This document shows positions 1 to 8,827 of a stretch of DNA of 32,867 nt, piece by piece. Positions within the stretch are counted from its first letter, which is position 1, and the number at the start of each line of letters is the position of its first letter. Source of the DNA: an uncultured Eubacteriales bacterium. Its GTDB lineage: Bacteria; Bacillota; Clostridia; UBA1212; CASDQQ01. A program made the position numbers and the translations under genes. The notes beneath the pieces are model-generated. The model did no database searches. It had not been told where the DNA came from and worked only from the letters and a program-made list of their open reading frames with translations. The DNA lies in NCBI GenBank assembly GCA_964392835.1, contig CAYMRI010000003.1, forward strand, positions 1 to 32,867, given 5' to 3'.

Positions 1-261
1 GTTCAAACACGGACACACTGCCGCGAATCATTACCTTCATACCATTTTCCGGTTCAAACAACAATTTGTCAGCAGCCGTCTTAAACATGACACATTTTAA
101 AAGGCTACCGGCGTCCTTTAAAGTAAAATACAAGTGGCCGGAATAGTGCCGCTTGTAATTTGAGATTTCGCCCCGCACCCAGACGGAAGATAACACCCCG
201 TCATAGGCCATCAGACTTTTAATATAGCGATTGACATCGGATACAGTCAGTATTTGAGGCA
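1..261 (-). CDS. xseA: Exodeoxyribonuclease VII large subunit, N-terminal part; the gene continues beyond the window start
   Basis: Reverse-complement translation from the ATG at 261 reads MPQILTVSDVNRYIKSLMAYDGVLSSVWVRGEISNYKRHYSGHLYFTLKDAGSLLKCVMFK..., which matches the conserved XseA N-terminus (OB-fold, GEISN...SGHxYFTLKD). The ATG overlaps the nusB stop codon (ATGA). Confidence 0.8.
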
Positions 262-708
262 TCAGCGTTCCTCTTTCACAATGGTACCCGCCTTTTGCGC
301 ATCCCGATAAATATTCCCCAAAATGCCGTTGACAAAGGCACCCGATTCATCATGTCCATACCGTTTTGCCAAATCCACAGCTTCATTAATAGAAACATTT
401 ACCGGAATGTCTTTACGGTAAAACATTTCATAAATGCAAAGACGCAGGATTGCCACATCAATGCCGGGGATTCTGTTAAAGGCCCACTCCTTGGAGTACT
501 GCCGAATCTTTTCGTCAATCTCCTCTAAATGCGCCATTACCCCTTGGGAAATAGCGGTCACATATTCCGTATCCGCCTTTCGCAGTGCAGGAAGGATATC
601 CGCATCCCCCGCCAAATAGGTTTCCAGTTGATAAGGCACATCGTCCTTGTGATATTCCAATCCATATAATAAACGAACAGTTGCTTCTCTCGCTTCTCTT
701 CTTCCCAT
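262..708 (-). CDS. nusB: Transcription antitermination factor NusB
   Basis: The 148-aa ORF is NusB-like over its full length. The nusB-xseA synteny is conserved. Confidence 0.9.
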   Translation of the reverse strand: MGRREAREATVRLLYGLEYHKDDVPYQLETYLAGDADILPALRKADTEYVTAISQGVMAHLEEIDEKIRQYSKEWAFNRIPGIDVAILRLCIYEMFYRKDIPVNVSINEAVDLAKRYGHDESGAFVNGILGNIYRDAQKAGTIVKEER

Positions 709-720
709 GGTTCCTCCAAA

Positions 721-957
721 TCAGCGATAGCGTCCCGGCGGCAAAAGCCGATCCAGTATCTTACGCCAGAAATTCTTATCGCTTTCCATTTTCTTCCCTA
801 TATAATACCCCACAAAGGCACACAATGCAATAAAGAGTGCTCCTAAAATCCCAAACCAAATCACCGTCAATGCAACCGTAATTCCAATCAGAGCCCCAAT
901 GACTCTCCCTTTATGCAACTTATAATATGCAATTACGCTTTCCAGGAAATCTCTCAT
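721..957 (-). CDS. Small membrane protein, DUF2273-like (two TM helices); partner of Asp23/AmaP
   Basis: 78 aa with a central hydrophobic hairpin (GALIGITVALTVIWFGILGALFIALCAFVGYYIG). The ATG overlaps the amaP stop codon by 1 nt. A small membrane protein is found in asp23 operons. Confidence 0.7.
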   Translation of the reverse strand: MRDFLESVIAYYKLHKGRVIGALIGITVALTVIWFGILGALFIALCAFVGYYIGKKMESDKNFWRKILDRLLPPGRYR

Positions 958-1520
958 TATTCCACCCTACCTTTATACGCATTTTGCACACCATCTACCA
1001 CAATCTTTACATTGTTGGCCTTGACGCCGGTGGACTGTTCAATGGTTTGTACAATTCTTTTCTGTGCTTCTTCACAGATAACGGGAATATTGACATCGGA
1101 CAAAAATACTGCACGCACAGTCACATCTACCTCTTCGCCTTTCAACCGGATAATGGCTCTTGCGTCTTTGACGCCGCCTAATTTGGTCAGTACGTTCAAT
1201 GCAATATTTTCAAAAGTGGTTGCGGAAATTTTAATCAATCCCACACTGTTTTCTCTTACTACACTTTTAAACTCTCTGTCTCCGCGCGCCGCAATTAAAA
1301 AGGTATAGACATTAAACAGAAAACCGACTGCGCATACCGCTAATACCAATACCCAAATGGCAGGTTGCTGTAAAAACGGCCAACCAAGTACTTCGCCTAC
1401 TTGATAAAGGGCGCTTTTGGCATAAGGCAATTTGAATACGGTAAGGAAAAATCCTAAAAACCAGATTGCCATACTTAATATGGAATAAATTACCAGCAAA
1501 AATCTTGAAACTAATTTCAT
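957..1520 (-). CDS. amaP: Alkaline shock response membrane anchor protein AmaP (N-terminal TM helices plus an Asp23-like domain)
   Basis: 187 aa with two N-terminal TM segments and a C-terminal Asp23-like region (...VDVTVRAVF...NVKIVVDGV). It lies adjacent to asp23. Confidence 0.75.
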   Translation of the reverse strand: MKLVSRFLLVIYSILSMAIWFLGFFLTVFKLPYAKSALYQVGEVLGWPFLQQPAIWVLVLAVCAVGFLFNVYTFLIAARGDREFKSVVRENSVGLIKISATTFENIALNVLTKLGGVKDARAIIRLKGEEVDVTVRAVFLSDVNIPVICEEAQKRIVQTIEQSTGVKANNVKIVVDGVQNAYKGRVE

Positions 1521-1545
1521 TTGTACACCTCTTCCTCGGTATCTT

Positions 1546-1983
1546 CTATTTTACTCTTTGGGTAGATTTGTGTTTTTCTCCTTCTTCTGTCACCTTGGCA
1601 GGCTTTACAATATTCACACCCTGCACATGGATATTCACTTCCACTACACTGAGACCGGTCATGGACTCTACTGCTTCTTTTACTTTTTCCTGAATGTTCC
1701 AGGCCACTTCCGGAATTCGGAAGCCATACTCGATAATCACATACAAATCAATGGCAGCCTCAATTTGTCCCACTTCTACTTTTACGCCTTTGGTCAGATT
1801 CTTTCGGCCGAGAATTTCCGCCACATCTCCAACAATACCGCCACTCATACCGGCCACGCCCTCTACTTCTGTAGCGGCGATTCCGGCAATGACTGCTACC
1901 ACGTCATCTGTAATCCGTATTTTTCCCGTTTCGTCCATTGCTTCCGGCATTAAATTGTGAAGCTCATGCATTTGCTCATCCAT
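1546..1983 (-). CDS. asp23: Asp23/Gls24 family envelope stress protein
   Basis: 145-aa acidic protein with the characteristic Asp23 core (ITDDVVAVIAGIAATEVEGVAGM...). The RBS GGAGG lies upstream of the ATG. Confidence 0.85.
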   Translation of the reverse strand: MDEQMHELHNLMPEAMDETGKIRITDDVVAVIAGIAATEVEGVAGMSGGIVGDVAEILGRKNLTKGVKVEVGQIEAAIDLYVIIEYGFRIPEVAWNIQEKVKEAVESMTGLSVVEVNIHVQGVNIVKPAKVTEEGEKHKSTQRVK

Positions 1984-2029
1984 AGAAAGAACCTCCCATT
2001 CTTGATTATTTTATCACATTCCCCTTGTG

Positions 2030-2563
2030 TTAAGCAACCTTTCGAATATGGATTGCAGAATAATCCAAACCGGTATAGCGGACAATAATATCTGCAATCT
2101 GTGTTACTTGGGTTTCCGTCAGTTCCGTCGTCTTAATCAGGACATCCATTTCCCCCAAATCGCTGAAGCAGGCATAGGCATCCGTAAAGCCTTTTTCCCG
2201 AATAAGGCCCTCTACCTTGATTTCCTGTTCAGCCTGCTGTGTCAAATCTATAATTTTATCATACGCCTCCATTTTGGTGGTATCGGAAGCATTTTCAGCT
2301 GTGGTGATTGCTGCATAGGTTTCTTTTGTTTTTGCTCTTGCGCTATCCCTGTCCAACCGATTGGCATCAAAAGGCAGACCGGTATTTACAAACACATCCT
2401 GTGTGTCTTCTTCCCCGCCGCCGGCGCTGCTTTCCGGGGTAGAAGTTGCTTCTGCCGCCGTGTTCCCCTTCCATAAATTGGACAGCTCTTCATGTTTGTA
2501 ACCTACCACAAGCAATGTTACCGCCACTGCCAGCAATGCAATTTGTTTGGTTCCGATTTTCAT
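2030..2563 (-). CDS. spoIIIAH: Stage III sporulation protein AH
   Basis: Last gene of the spoIIIA block, with an N-terminal TM helix and a YscJ/FliF-like C-terminal domain. The start is trimmed to MKIGTKQ (ATG 2563) with RBS GGGAGGAA 6 nt upstream; the ORF-track start lies further upstream. Confidence 0.8.
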   Translation of the reverse strand: MKIGTKQIALLAVAVTLLVVGYKHEELSNLWKGNTAAEATSTPESSAGGGEEDTQDVFVNTGLPFDANRLDRDSARAKTKETYAAITTAENASDTTKMEAYDKIIDLTQQAEQEIKVEGLIREKGFTDAYACFSDLGEMDVLIKTTELTETQVTQIADIIVRYTGLDYSAIHIRKVA

Positions 2564-2641
2564 ATGCTTTCCTCCCTGGTAATCCCTTATCATTTCTTAT
2601 GTGATACCTATGCGTACCACAATACAAATATGCGTTGTAAC

Positions 2642-3181
2642 TCACCAAATGACCTGCACCTTGTGGGTAGGAACATCCAGCAACACCTCTAAGGTACGCA
2701 CAATTTTTTCCCGGATGCTGCTATCATAAGTACCGCTGACCACCACAGCCACGCCCCGTATGGTGCCGTAGGTTTCCGTTTTTACAAAAGGATATTTATT
2801 CCCCTGAGCATCTTCCACATAAACCGTTTCTTCCTGTTGCTGTCCGCTTTCCACCACACGATTACCACCTTGTCCATCCTCTTCGTGTGTTTTGTCCGAC
2901 TGCGAAGTGACATCCTTCTCCACCAGCTGCTCCCCGGAATTTTCATATGTAATCACCACAGATGCATGCTTTACACCGGAAATAGCACAGAGTAACTGCT
3001 CAATTTGCGCTTCTAATGTAGTCGCAGCAGTTTCCGTCACCAATTCCGTTTCAATCGCCGGTTCCTGTTCCTCTTCTACAGGGAAAAATTTTCCGGCAGC
3101 CATAAGCAAAACACCCGCCAAAATCAGTAGCAATGGCTTTTGAAACCGCCTCCAGGGTAATGTGATTTTCTTCTTATTCAT
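2642..3181 (-). CDS. spoIIIAG: Stage III sporulation protein AG
   Basis: Called on position in the operon, the single N-terminal TM helix and a conserved C-terminal region (...GVKHASVVITYENSGEQ...). It overlaps the spoIIIAF stop codon by 8 nt. Confidence 0.8.
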   Translation of the reverse strand: MNKKKITLPWRRFQKPLLLILAGVLLMAAGKFFPVEEEQEPAIETELVTETAATTLEAQIEQLLCAISGVKHASVVITYENSGEQLVEKDVTSQSDKTHEEDGQGGNRVVESGQQQEETVYVEDAQGNKYPFVKTETYGTIRGVAVVVSGTYDSSIREKIVRTLEVLLDVPTHKVQVIW

Positions 3182-3821
3182 CTTTTACCTCCACAAAGAT
3201 ACAATTTTCTTCCAATTGGAAGGCTTCCTGCAACACTGCATTCACAGCCGCCGCCCGAGGGTCGGTTGTCTGTTCTGCATTTTTTTCTTCCGCCTCGTCT
3301 GCAGGAATGACAGTAATACCGTGCAATGTAATTTCAATTCGCTCTATGGGTGCCATTTGGGAAAAACCGCTGTTGGGTGTTTGGGTAGCTTCCACCTGTT
3401 CTGACAACCCATAAGCGGTCACATAAACCCGTTTTACAATTCCGTACGTTTCCTTTTCATAATCCTCTTCCATAACAAAATCTACCTGTGCCTCTCCCAC
3501 ACCTTCCACGGCATTGACCAATTGACACATATATTCGGTCAACCGCTGCTTATATTCCTTTGTCACTTCCATCATCTGGTCCTCTGTAAAACTTTCCAGC
3601 TGTTCTGTGATTTGCGTTCTTTCTGTCTCATAGGAAAAATCCACCTCCTGCAGCAGGCTGTAAAAATCCCCCATGGGCAAAACAAGGGCAAACACCATGA
3701 CCAACCCCAATACCAGCATGCCTGTTTTTCGGCTTTGCCCTTCCGGCATAAGCATGGAACAGAGTTCTGCCAAAATGGCACAAGCCGCTACCAAAAGCGC
3801 CCATTCTTTTATGGTCTCCAT
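3174..3821 (-). CDS. spoIIIAF: Stage III sporulation protein AF
   Basis: Called on operon position and the two N-terminal TM helices. Confidence 0.8.
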   Translation of the reverse strand: METIKEWALLVAACAILAELCSMLMPEGQSRKTGMLVLGLVMVFALVLPMGDFYSLLQEVDFSYETERTQITEQLESFTEDQMMEVTKEYKQRLTEYMCQLVNAVEGVGEAQVDFVMEEDYEKETYGIVKRVYVTAYGLSEQVEATQTPNSGFSQMAPIERIEITLHGITVIPADEAEEKNAEQTTDPRAAAVNAVLQEAFQLEENCIFVEVKDE

Positions 3822-3825
3822 TTTA

Positions 3826-4764
3826 CTACCCTCCCGTTACATTGCTGACTACCGACAAAAACATCCCAATGGTAATGGTCAGCATCACTGCACATACGGT
3901 CACCAATCCAGCCATTAGTGAAATCGCCGTAGAGGCAGAACTAATGCAATTACAGATACGGGGCTCTGCCACCGGCTGTGTCAAAGCGGAAACCAGTTTT
4001 AAAAGTCCTGCCAACAACAGCAATTCCAATGCCGGCGCCATACACATGGTCAAAATGGTAATCATGGCACCGGCACCTGTGGTACTGTGAATTACCGCAG
4101 CAGAAGCTGATACCGCATCAAAAGACTCCGCTAAATACTGCCCTACCACCGGCCATGCCCCCACTGCAAACTTTGCCGTTTTTTGTGCCGCAGTTCCTTC
4201 CGCCACAGTCAAACAACTTTGCACGGACAAAATGGCTAAGTACACCGTCATGACAAGACCCAGCCCCCATAAAATTGCTTTTTTCAAAAAATCCACCAAC
4301 TGACTGATGGAAAATTCCGTAGACAGATTGTCCACCAAAGAAAGGGCCGCCAGCAAACAAGCAACCGGCAGAAAAATCGTACGAAACCCATTGCTTACAA
4401 TTTCTGTTGCTACCAAAAAGGAAGTCCCCATCCCCGTGGTAGCTGCCAAAGACCGGGTCGAAAGAGATGCTGTCAACAAAACCGGCGAAACTCCATTTAA
4501 TGTGGTAACCATTTTATCCATAGCACCTTCTGCAATTTCTTTTGCGTACAGCACATTCTGACCGATGAGCAAAGCAACACAACCATATTCCACCAAAAAT
4601 GCACTTTTTCCAATGCCTTCTCCCATGCCTCCGGTATCAAAATTTCGCAGCACCGCACAAATTAAGATGACGCCTGTAATGGTGGCCACAATACTAAGAT
4701 GCTCCTGTATACCTTGTGCCATCGTTTCTTTTATTAAAGAAAAAAGTTCTTCCGTCCAGCTCAT
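3826..4764 (-). CDS. spoIIIAE: Stage III sporulation protein AE (polytopic membrane protein)
   Basis: 312-aa multi-TM protein in the correct operon position. It overlaps the spoIIIAD stop codon by 4 nt. Confidence 0.85.
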   Translation of the reverse strand: MSWTEELFSLIKETMAQGIQEHLSIVATITGVILICAVLRNFDTGGMGEGIGKSAFLVEYGCVALLIGQNVLYAKEIAEGAMDKMVTTLNGVSPVLLTASLSTRSLAATTGMGTSFLVATEIVSNGFRTIFLPVACLLAALSLVDNLSTEFSISQLVDFLKKAILWGLGLVMTVYLAILSVQSCLTVAEGTAAQKTAKFAVGAWPVVGQYLAESFDAVSASAAVIHSTTGAGAMITILTMCMAPALELLLLAGLLKLVSALTQPVAEPRICNCISSASTAISLMAGLVTVCAVMLTITIGMFLSVVSNVTGG

Positions 4765-5147
4765 AACAGCATATCCGCAATGGTTTCAAGGATGTCCACC
4801 ATCAGTGGTAACGCAAAGCTTAATATAACCAGCTTCCCCGCAATTTGTACCTTTAACGCCATAGCTTCCTCCTTTGCATCTTTACAAACACTTGCCGCAA
4901 ATTCCGTCACATACACAATGCCAATGACTTTGAATATGACAGCAATCACATCTTCTTGCATAGCAGACATGCTTGAAATGTCCTGTATTTTTCCCAATAT
5001 CTCTTGTATCTGCGGAATACATGTTAACAAAAGCAGTACACCGATTGCCGCCGATAACAGCATGGCGAATTCCGGTCGCCATTGCCGAATGGTTAAAATC
5101 AAGCAACATCCCACAATGGCAAATCCTGCGATTTGCACCATATTCAT
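4761..5147 (-). CDS. spoIIIAD: Stage III sporulation protein AD
   Basis: 128-aa four-TM protein in the correct operon position. Confidence 0.85.
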   Translation of the reverse strand: MNMVQIAGFAIVGCCLILTIRQWRPEFAMLLSAAIGVLLLLTCIPQIQEILGKIQDISSMSAMQEDVIAVIFKVIGIVYVTEFAASVCKDAKEEAMALKVQIAGKLVILSFALPLMVDILETIADMLL

Positions 5148-5159
5148 GGCAATCCCTCC

Positions 5160-5354
5160 TTAAAATCCAAATAAGGATTTCACCGCATCAAACAGCTGGG
5201 CCACCTCTTGTACCACTACAATAAGGACAATCACCAAGCCCACAATGGTGGTCATCAATGCCTGTTCCTCCCGTCCGGATTTGGACAACAAAATATTCAA
5301 AACAGCAACCAGCATCCCCACTGCGGCAATTTTAAAGATCAAATCTACATTCAT
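5160..5354 (-). CDS. spoIIIAC: Stage III sporulation protein AC
   Basis: 64-aa two-TM protein (MNVDLIFKIAAVGMLVAVLNILL...) in the correct operon position. Confidence 0.85.
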   Translation of the reverse strand: MNVDLIFKIAAVGMLVAVLNILLSKSGREEQALMTTIVGLVIVLIVVVQEVAQLFDAVKSLFGF

Positions 5355-5376
5355 GTTTTTCTGTGCCCCTTTCCTG

Positions 5377-5904
5377 TTACATTAGAAAAATAGCAATGGC
5401 CACACCTACAACCGGTCCGATTTTCTGCCATAGGGGCTGATTCTTCTTCCTGGCTTCTTCTGCTTTTTCTTCCAACATCTGCACCTGCCCACCCATGGCC
5501 TCCATGTGGGAAAGTTGTCCTTCCACATCCGAATTCCCAAGCAATTGCCCCAATGCCTTGAGGGTTTCCCGTTCTTCCGCTGTCAAGGGAATTTGCTTGC
5601 ACGCCATTTCACAAGCCCGTTCCCAGGCCTCTGCTGCATCTGCCACTTCCTCTTCCAATTGGTCCAACATGGCGGCAAACAGAGTTTGTGCCGGTCCCTG
5701 GGATGCGGCAGCCTTCTGAAAACTGTCTTGCAACACCCCTTTGAAAAACACAATTTCATTTTTCAACACTTCTAACCTTTTTTGAAAGTCTCGTAAAAAT
5801 TCCACCCGCTCCTTATATTGATTGCCGTACGCCCTGCCAAACATGGTGGTCCCCACCACCAGCAGCACGGCTCCCACAAGGGATAACATGCTAGGCAATT
5901 CCAT
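5377..5904 (-). CDS. spoIIIAB: Stage III sporulation protein AB
   Basis: Called on operon position. The start is trimmed to MELPSMLSL (ATG 5904), which overlaps the spoIIIAA stop codon by 14 nt. Confidence 0.8.
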   Translation of the reverse strand: MELPSMLSLVGAVLLVVGTTMFGRAYGNQYKERVEFLRDFQKRLEVLKNEIVFFKGVLQDSFQKAAASQGPAQTLFAAMLDQLEEEVADAAEAWERACEMACKQIPLTAEERETLKALGQLLGNSDVEGQLSHMEAMGGQVQMLEEKAEEARKKNQPLWQKIGPVVGVAIAIFLM

Positions 5905-6853
5905 AGACCGCACCTCCATCCAGCACCTGTTTCACCGTCCCCACCCCACGACTTGCATCCAGCACAATGACTTTTTGAAAAATCCCTTCGGCAATCAGTT
6001 CTCTTGCTTCTTTTCGCAAGTCGGTAAATGCATTTTCCCCATATCCATGAGCGGTGGCAAGCAGGCGCACCCCTGCATTTGCCACCTGCCGAATGGCCTC
6101 TGCATCCCGGGCCCCACCAATTTCATCTACTGCAATCACATTAGGCGCCATGGAACGCAGCAACATCAGCATGCCGATTGCCTTAGGGCAACCGTCCAAC
6201 ACATCCGTCCGCTTTCCCACCTTGTTTTGGGGTACCCCTTTATAGCAAGCCGCAATTTCTGAGCGCTCATCCACCACACTCACATTGACACCGCAAAAAG
6301 GCGGCGTGGTGCTACCATCGGACAAAAGGCGCGTCAAATCTCGTAGCAGGGTGGTCTTTCCTGTTCCAGGCGGCGAGACAATCAGGGTACTGTAAATGTC
6401 ATGGGTATTTTTTAAAATATGAGGCAACACCCGCTGGCCACAACCTACAACCGGTTTGGCAACGCGGATGTTCAATCCGGAAATTTCTTTGATGTATTGT
6501 ACGGTACCGTCAGATGCCGGCACGATTTTTCCTGCAATGCCCACTCTATGGCCACCTTTTACGGTTAAGTAGCCTTGTTTAATCTCTTCCTGGTAGGCAT
6601 AGACAGAATTTTCATTCATGGAGGAAAAAAGGCTGTTGACTTCCTGTTCCTGCAGGGTTAAGACCTGGGTTGTTTCTTCTTTTACCAGCGTTCCGTTTTT
6701 GGAAATCAGCCATTCCTGCCCGCCGGCACGCACCCGCACCGGTTGCCGGGCCCGGATGCGAATTTCTTCCAAGTCCTTTCGACCCGCCACCGCCATTGCA
6801 ATGGGCTTGTTCATTTTTCGCAGCCATTCCAACAGATTTTGTTGTTCGTACAT
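5891..6853 (-). CDS. spoIIIAA: Stage III sporulation protein AA (AAA+ secretion-ATPase-like)
   Basis: Walker A motif PPGTGKTT and Walker B-like motif IAVDEIG are present. The start is trimmed to MYEQQNLLEW (ATG 6853) with RBS AGGAGG at 6864-6869. Confidence 0.85.
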   Translation of the reverse strand: MYEQQNLLEWLRKMNKPIAMAVAGRKDLEEIRIRARQPVRVRAGGQEWLISKNGTLVKEETTQVLTLQEQEVNSLFSSMNENSVYAYQEEIKQGYLTVKGGHRVGIAGKIVPASDGTVQYIKEISGLNIRVAKPVVGCGQRVLPHILKNTHDIYSTLIVSPPGTGKTTLLRDLTRLLSDGSTTPPFCGVNVSVVDERSEIAACYKGVPQNKVGKRTDVLDGCPKAIGMLMLLRSMAPNVIAVDEIGGARDAEAIRQVANAGVRLLATAHGYGENAFTDLRKEARELIAEGIFQKVIVLDASRGVGTVKQVLDGGAVYGIA

Positions 6854-6908
6854 AAAAAAACTCCTCCTTTGCATACACACTTACATGAAATGTATATGCA
6901 AGGAGGAG
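6854..6908 (-). terminator. Terminator-like hairpin immediately 5' of spoIIIAA whose 3' arm is the Shine-Dalgarno (CUCCUCCUUGCAUA-N19-UAUGCAAAGGAGGAG-U7-AUG)
   Basis: On the minus-strand RNA, 6908->6895 pairs with 6875->6861 (14-15 bp, 1-nt bulge), followed by UUUUUUU (6860->6854) and then the spoIIIAA AUG at 6853. This could terminate read-through from the ABC operon, or occlude the spoIIIAA RBS in longer transcripts. Confidence 0.5.
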
Positions 6909-6930
6909 ATTTCTATGACTGATATGTTGG

Positions 6931-6996
6931 GTTAACTACAAAATCCCCAAATCGTTATCTACTTTAGATAACCAAACGCCACTTTTGTAGTTAACT
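6931..6996. repeat. Inverted-repeat unit GTTAACTACAAAA-N40-TTTTGTAGTTAAC with a nested palindrome GTTATCTA-CTT-TAGATAAC (6954-6972)
   Basis: Perfect 13-bp arms at 6931-6943 and 6984-6996, directly downstream of the ABC transporter stop codon (6998). The same arms recur at 19.7-19.9 kb. Confidence 0.7.
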
Positions 6997-6997
6997 T

Positions 6998-8827
6998 CTA
7001 CCCTTCCCCGGCCACCAGCGAATAATTTTTAGACTGCAGGCGGAACATTTCCGCATATTTGCCGTTTTGCGCCATCAATTCCTCGTGACTGCCTCGCTCA
7101 ATAATGCGACCCTGTTCCATCATAAAGATGGTATCCGCTGCCTTGGTGGTGGAAAGTCGGTGGGAAATAAAGATAACCGTCTTGTCTTCCGCCGCTTCCA
7201 GCATAGAGTGGTTCACATGGTATTCACTCAGCGGGTCCAAGGCGCTGGAAGGTTCATCCAAAATCAGCACTTGCGGATTGCCTGCAAACACACGGGCAAT
7301 AGCCACTTTCTGCGCTTCCCCACCGGAAAAAACCGCGCCGTCCTCATGGAATTCCTTGGTTAGCTGGGTATCCAAACCAGCGGACAAATCAGACAACTTC
7401 TCTGTAAAGCCGGCCTTGTCCAAAGCGTCTCGCACTTCCTGCTCTCTGTCCTCTGCTTTATCCATCACCACATTTTCTGCCAGCGATGCTGCAAACATGG
7501 AAAAATCCTGAAAAGCCGTTCCAAAACATTCTCGATATGCTGTCAGCTTATAGTCCCGGATATCCTTTCCATCGTAACAAATAGCACCTTCTGTTGGGTC
7601 ATACAATCTAGTCAACAGTTTTACCAATGTGGATTTTCCGGCACCGTTATAGCCTACAATTGCCACCTTTTCACCCGGGCGAATATCAAAACTAATATCG
7701 TGCAAAGTGGGTTTTTCATTGCCCGCATAGGTAAAACTTACATTGCGGCAGGAAAAAGCAGCGGGTTTTGCCGGTGGCGGTAATGCATCCGGTTTATCCT
7801 GCATTTGAATTTCGTAATCCAAAAAACCGCGGAACTTTTCGGTGTATAAGCTGGACTTTTGGAATGCACTCACAGACTGTGCAACATTGTTTAAATGATT
7901 CTTTAATACCCAACTACCATCTAACATACCTGCTAAAGTACCATAGGTAATACTTTTCTGCACAATCGCACGATATGCCAAAAGGCCCGTATAGACACCA
8001 TCAATCAAAAATGAATTAAAAACAAAATTTCCAAAAAACATAAGGACGTAAAGTTTGAGGGAATATTTGTCTATCACATGTTTCATCTTTTCATTTGTTT
8101 GTTTAAAATCCTCTTGTAAACTTTCCTTTAAGGGATGTAATCGCATTTCCTTTGCATAATCCGGCAAATAGAAGACGCGATTAATATAGGACCGTTTTCG
8201 TTCAAAAGGCTTATAGTCTACATCCCGTTGAAACCACACTTTGTTGCTCTTTAATGAGGTTATAAACACCCCTAAAAAGGAACAGAAAATAATTAGCAAC
8301 CCGATGCCGTCCATCGTTAGCATAGCAATAGAAATACCGGAAATACCAACCAAACTTTTCATAAAAGAAGATACGTTGCCCAGCAACTGACATACTTGTT
8401 CTTCCGCTTGGGATGCCGCCCAAACAAAGTCGTTATAAAAATCCGGATTACTATAGCAGGTATAATCCAACTTTACCGCTTTGGCAAAAAGTTCCGTTTG
8501 CATCTTTTCTCCTAATTTTTGTCTCTGGCTTGGTTCAAAAACTTCATGGAAAAACGCAGCCAAAATCTGTATCGTTCCACAGTAAAAGAAATAAAGACAA
8601 CCACTGAAAATAACGCCGCCAAAGTCATGTGTCACCGTAACTGCATCCACCGCCAGTTTCATTAACAAAACACCCCAAATGACATCGTTTAATCCAAACA
8701 ACATTTGCAATAAAATATGGGTGATTGCATAAACAGGTGTAAAACGAAATGCATATTTTAGCATAAACAGGTTGTTTTTCAAAACACGACTGAATTTTTG
8801 CTTTTCCATCTTTTCTTGTGGTTTCAT
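6998..8827 (-). CDS. ABC transporter permease/ATP-binding fusion protein (type I exporter half-transporter, MdlB/MsbA-like)
   Basis: N-terminal six-helix TMD followed by an NBD with Walker A GYNGAGKST, signature FSGGEAQK and Walker B ILDEPSSALD. Its ATG overlaps the stop codon of the upstream ABC gene (ATGA). Confidence 0.9.
   Translation of the reverse strand: MKPQEKMEKQKFSRVLKNNLFMLKYAFRFTPVYAITHILLQMLFGLNDVIWGVLLMKLAVDAVTVTHDFGGVIFSGCLYFFYCGTIQILAAFFHEVFEPSQRQKLGEKMQTELFAKAVKLDYTCYSNPDFYNDFVWAASQAEEQVCQLLGNVSSFMKSLVGISGISIAMLTMDGIGLLIIFCSFLGVFITSLKSNKVWFQRDVDYKPFERKRSYINRVFYLPDYAKEMRLHPLKESLQEDFKQTNEKMKHVIDKYSLKLYVLMFFGNFVFNSFLIDGVYTGLLAYRAIVQKSITYGTLAGMLDGSWVLKNHLNNVAQSVSAFQKSSLYTEKFRGFLDYEIQMQDKPDALPPPAKPAAFSCRNVSFTYAGNEKPTLHDISFDIRPGEKVAIVGYNGAGKSTLVKLLTRLYDPTEGAICYDGKDIRDYKLTAYRECFGTAFQDFSMFAASLAENVVMDKAEDREQEVRDALDKAGFTEKLSDLSAGLDTQLTKEFHEDGAVFSGGEAQKVAIARVFAGNPQVLILDEPSSALDPLSEYHVNHSMLEAAEDKTVIFISHRLSTTKAADTIFMMEQGRIIERGSHEELMAQNGKYAEMFRLQSKNYSLVAGEG

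Noticed and set aside
1558-1960. Plus-strand ORFs antisense to asp23 (131 aa and 88 aa)
   Set aside because: They lie opposite a well-conserved Asp23 gene. The Pro/Ser/Thr-rich composition is an antisense artefact.
6612-6935. ORFs 6612..6878 (-) and 6618..6935 (+) at the 5' end of spoIIIAA
   Set aside because: They are alternative frames of spoIIIAA and its leader hairpin. Their Arg/Gly/Pro-rich composition is typical of out-of-frame GC-rich DNA.
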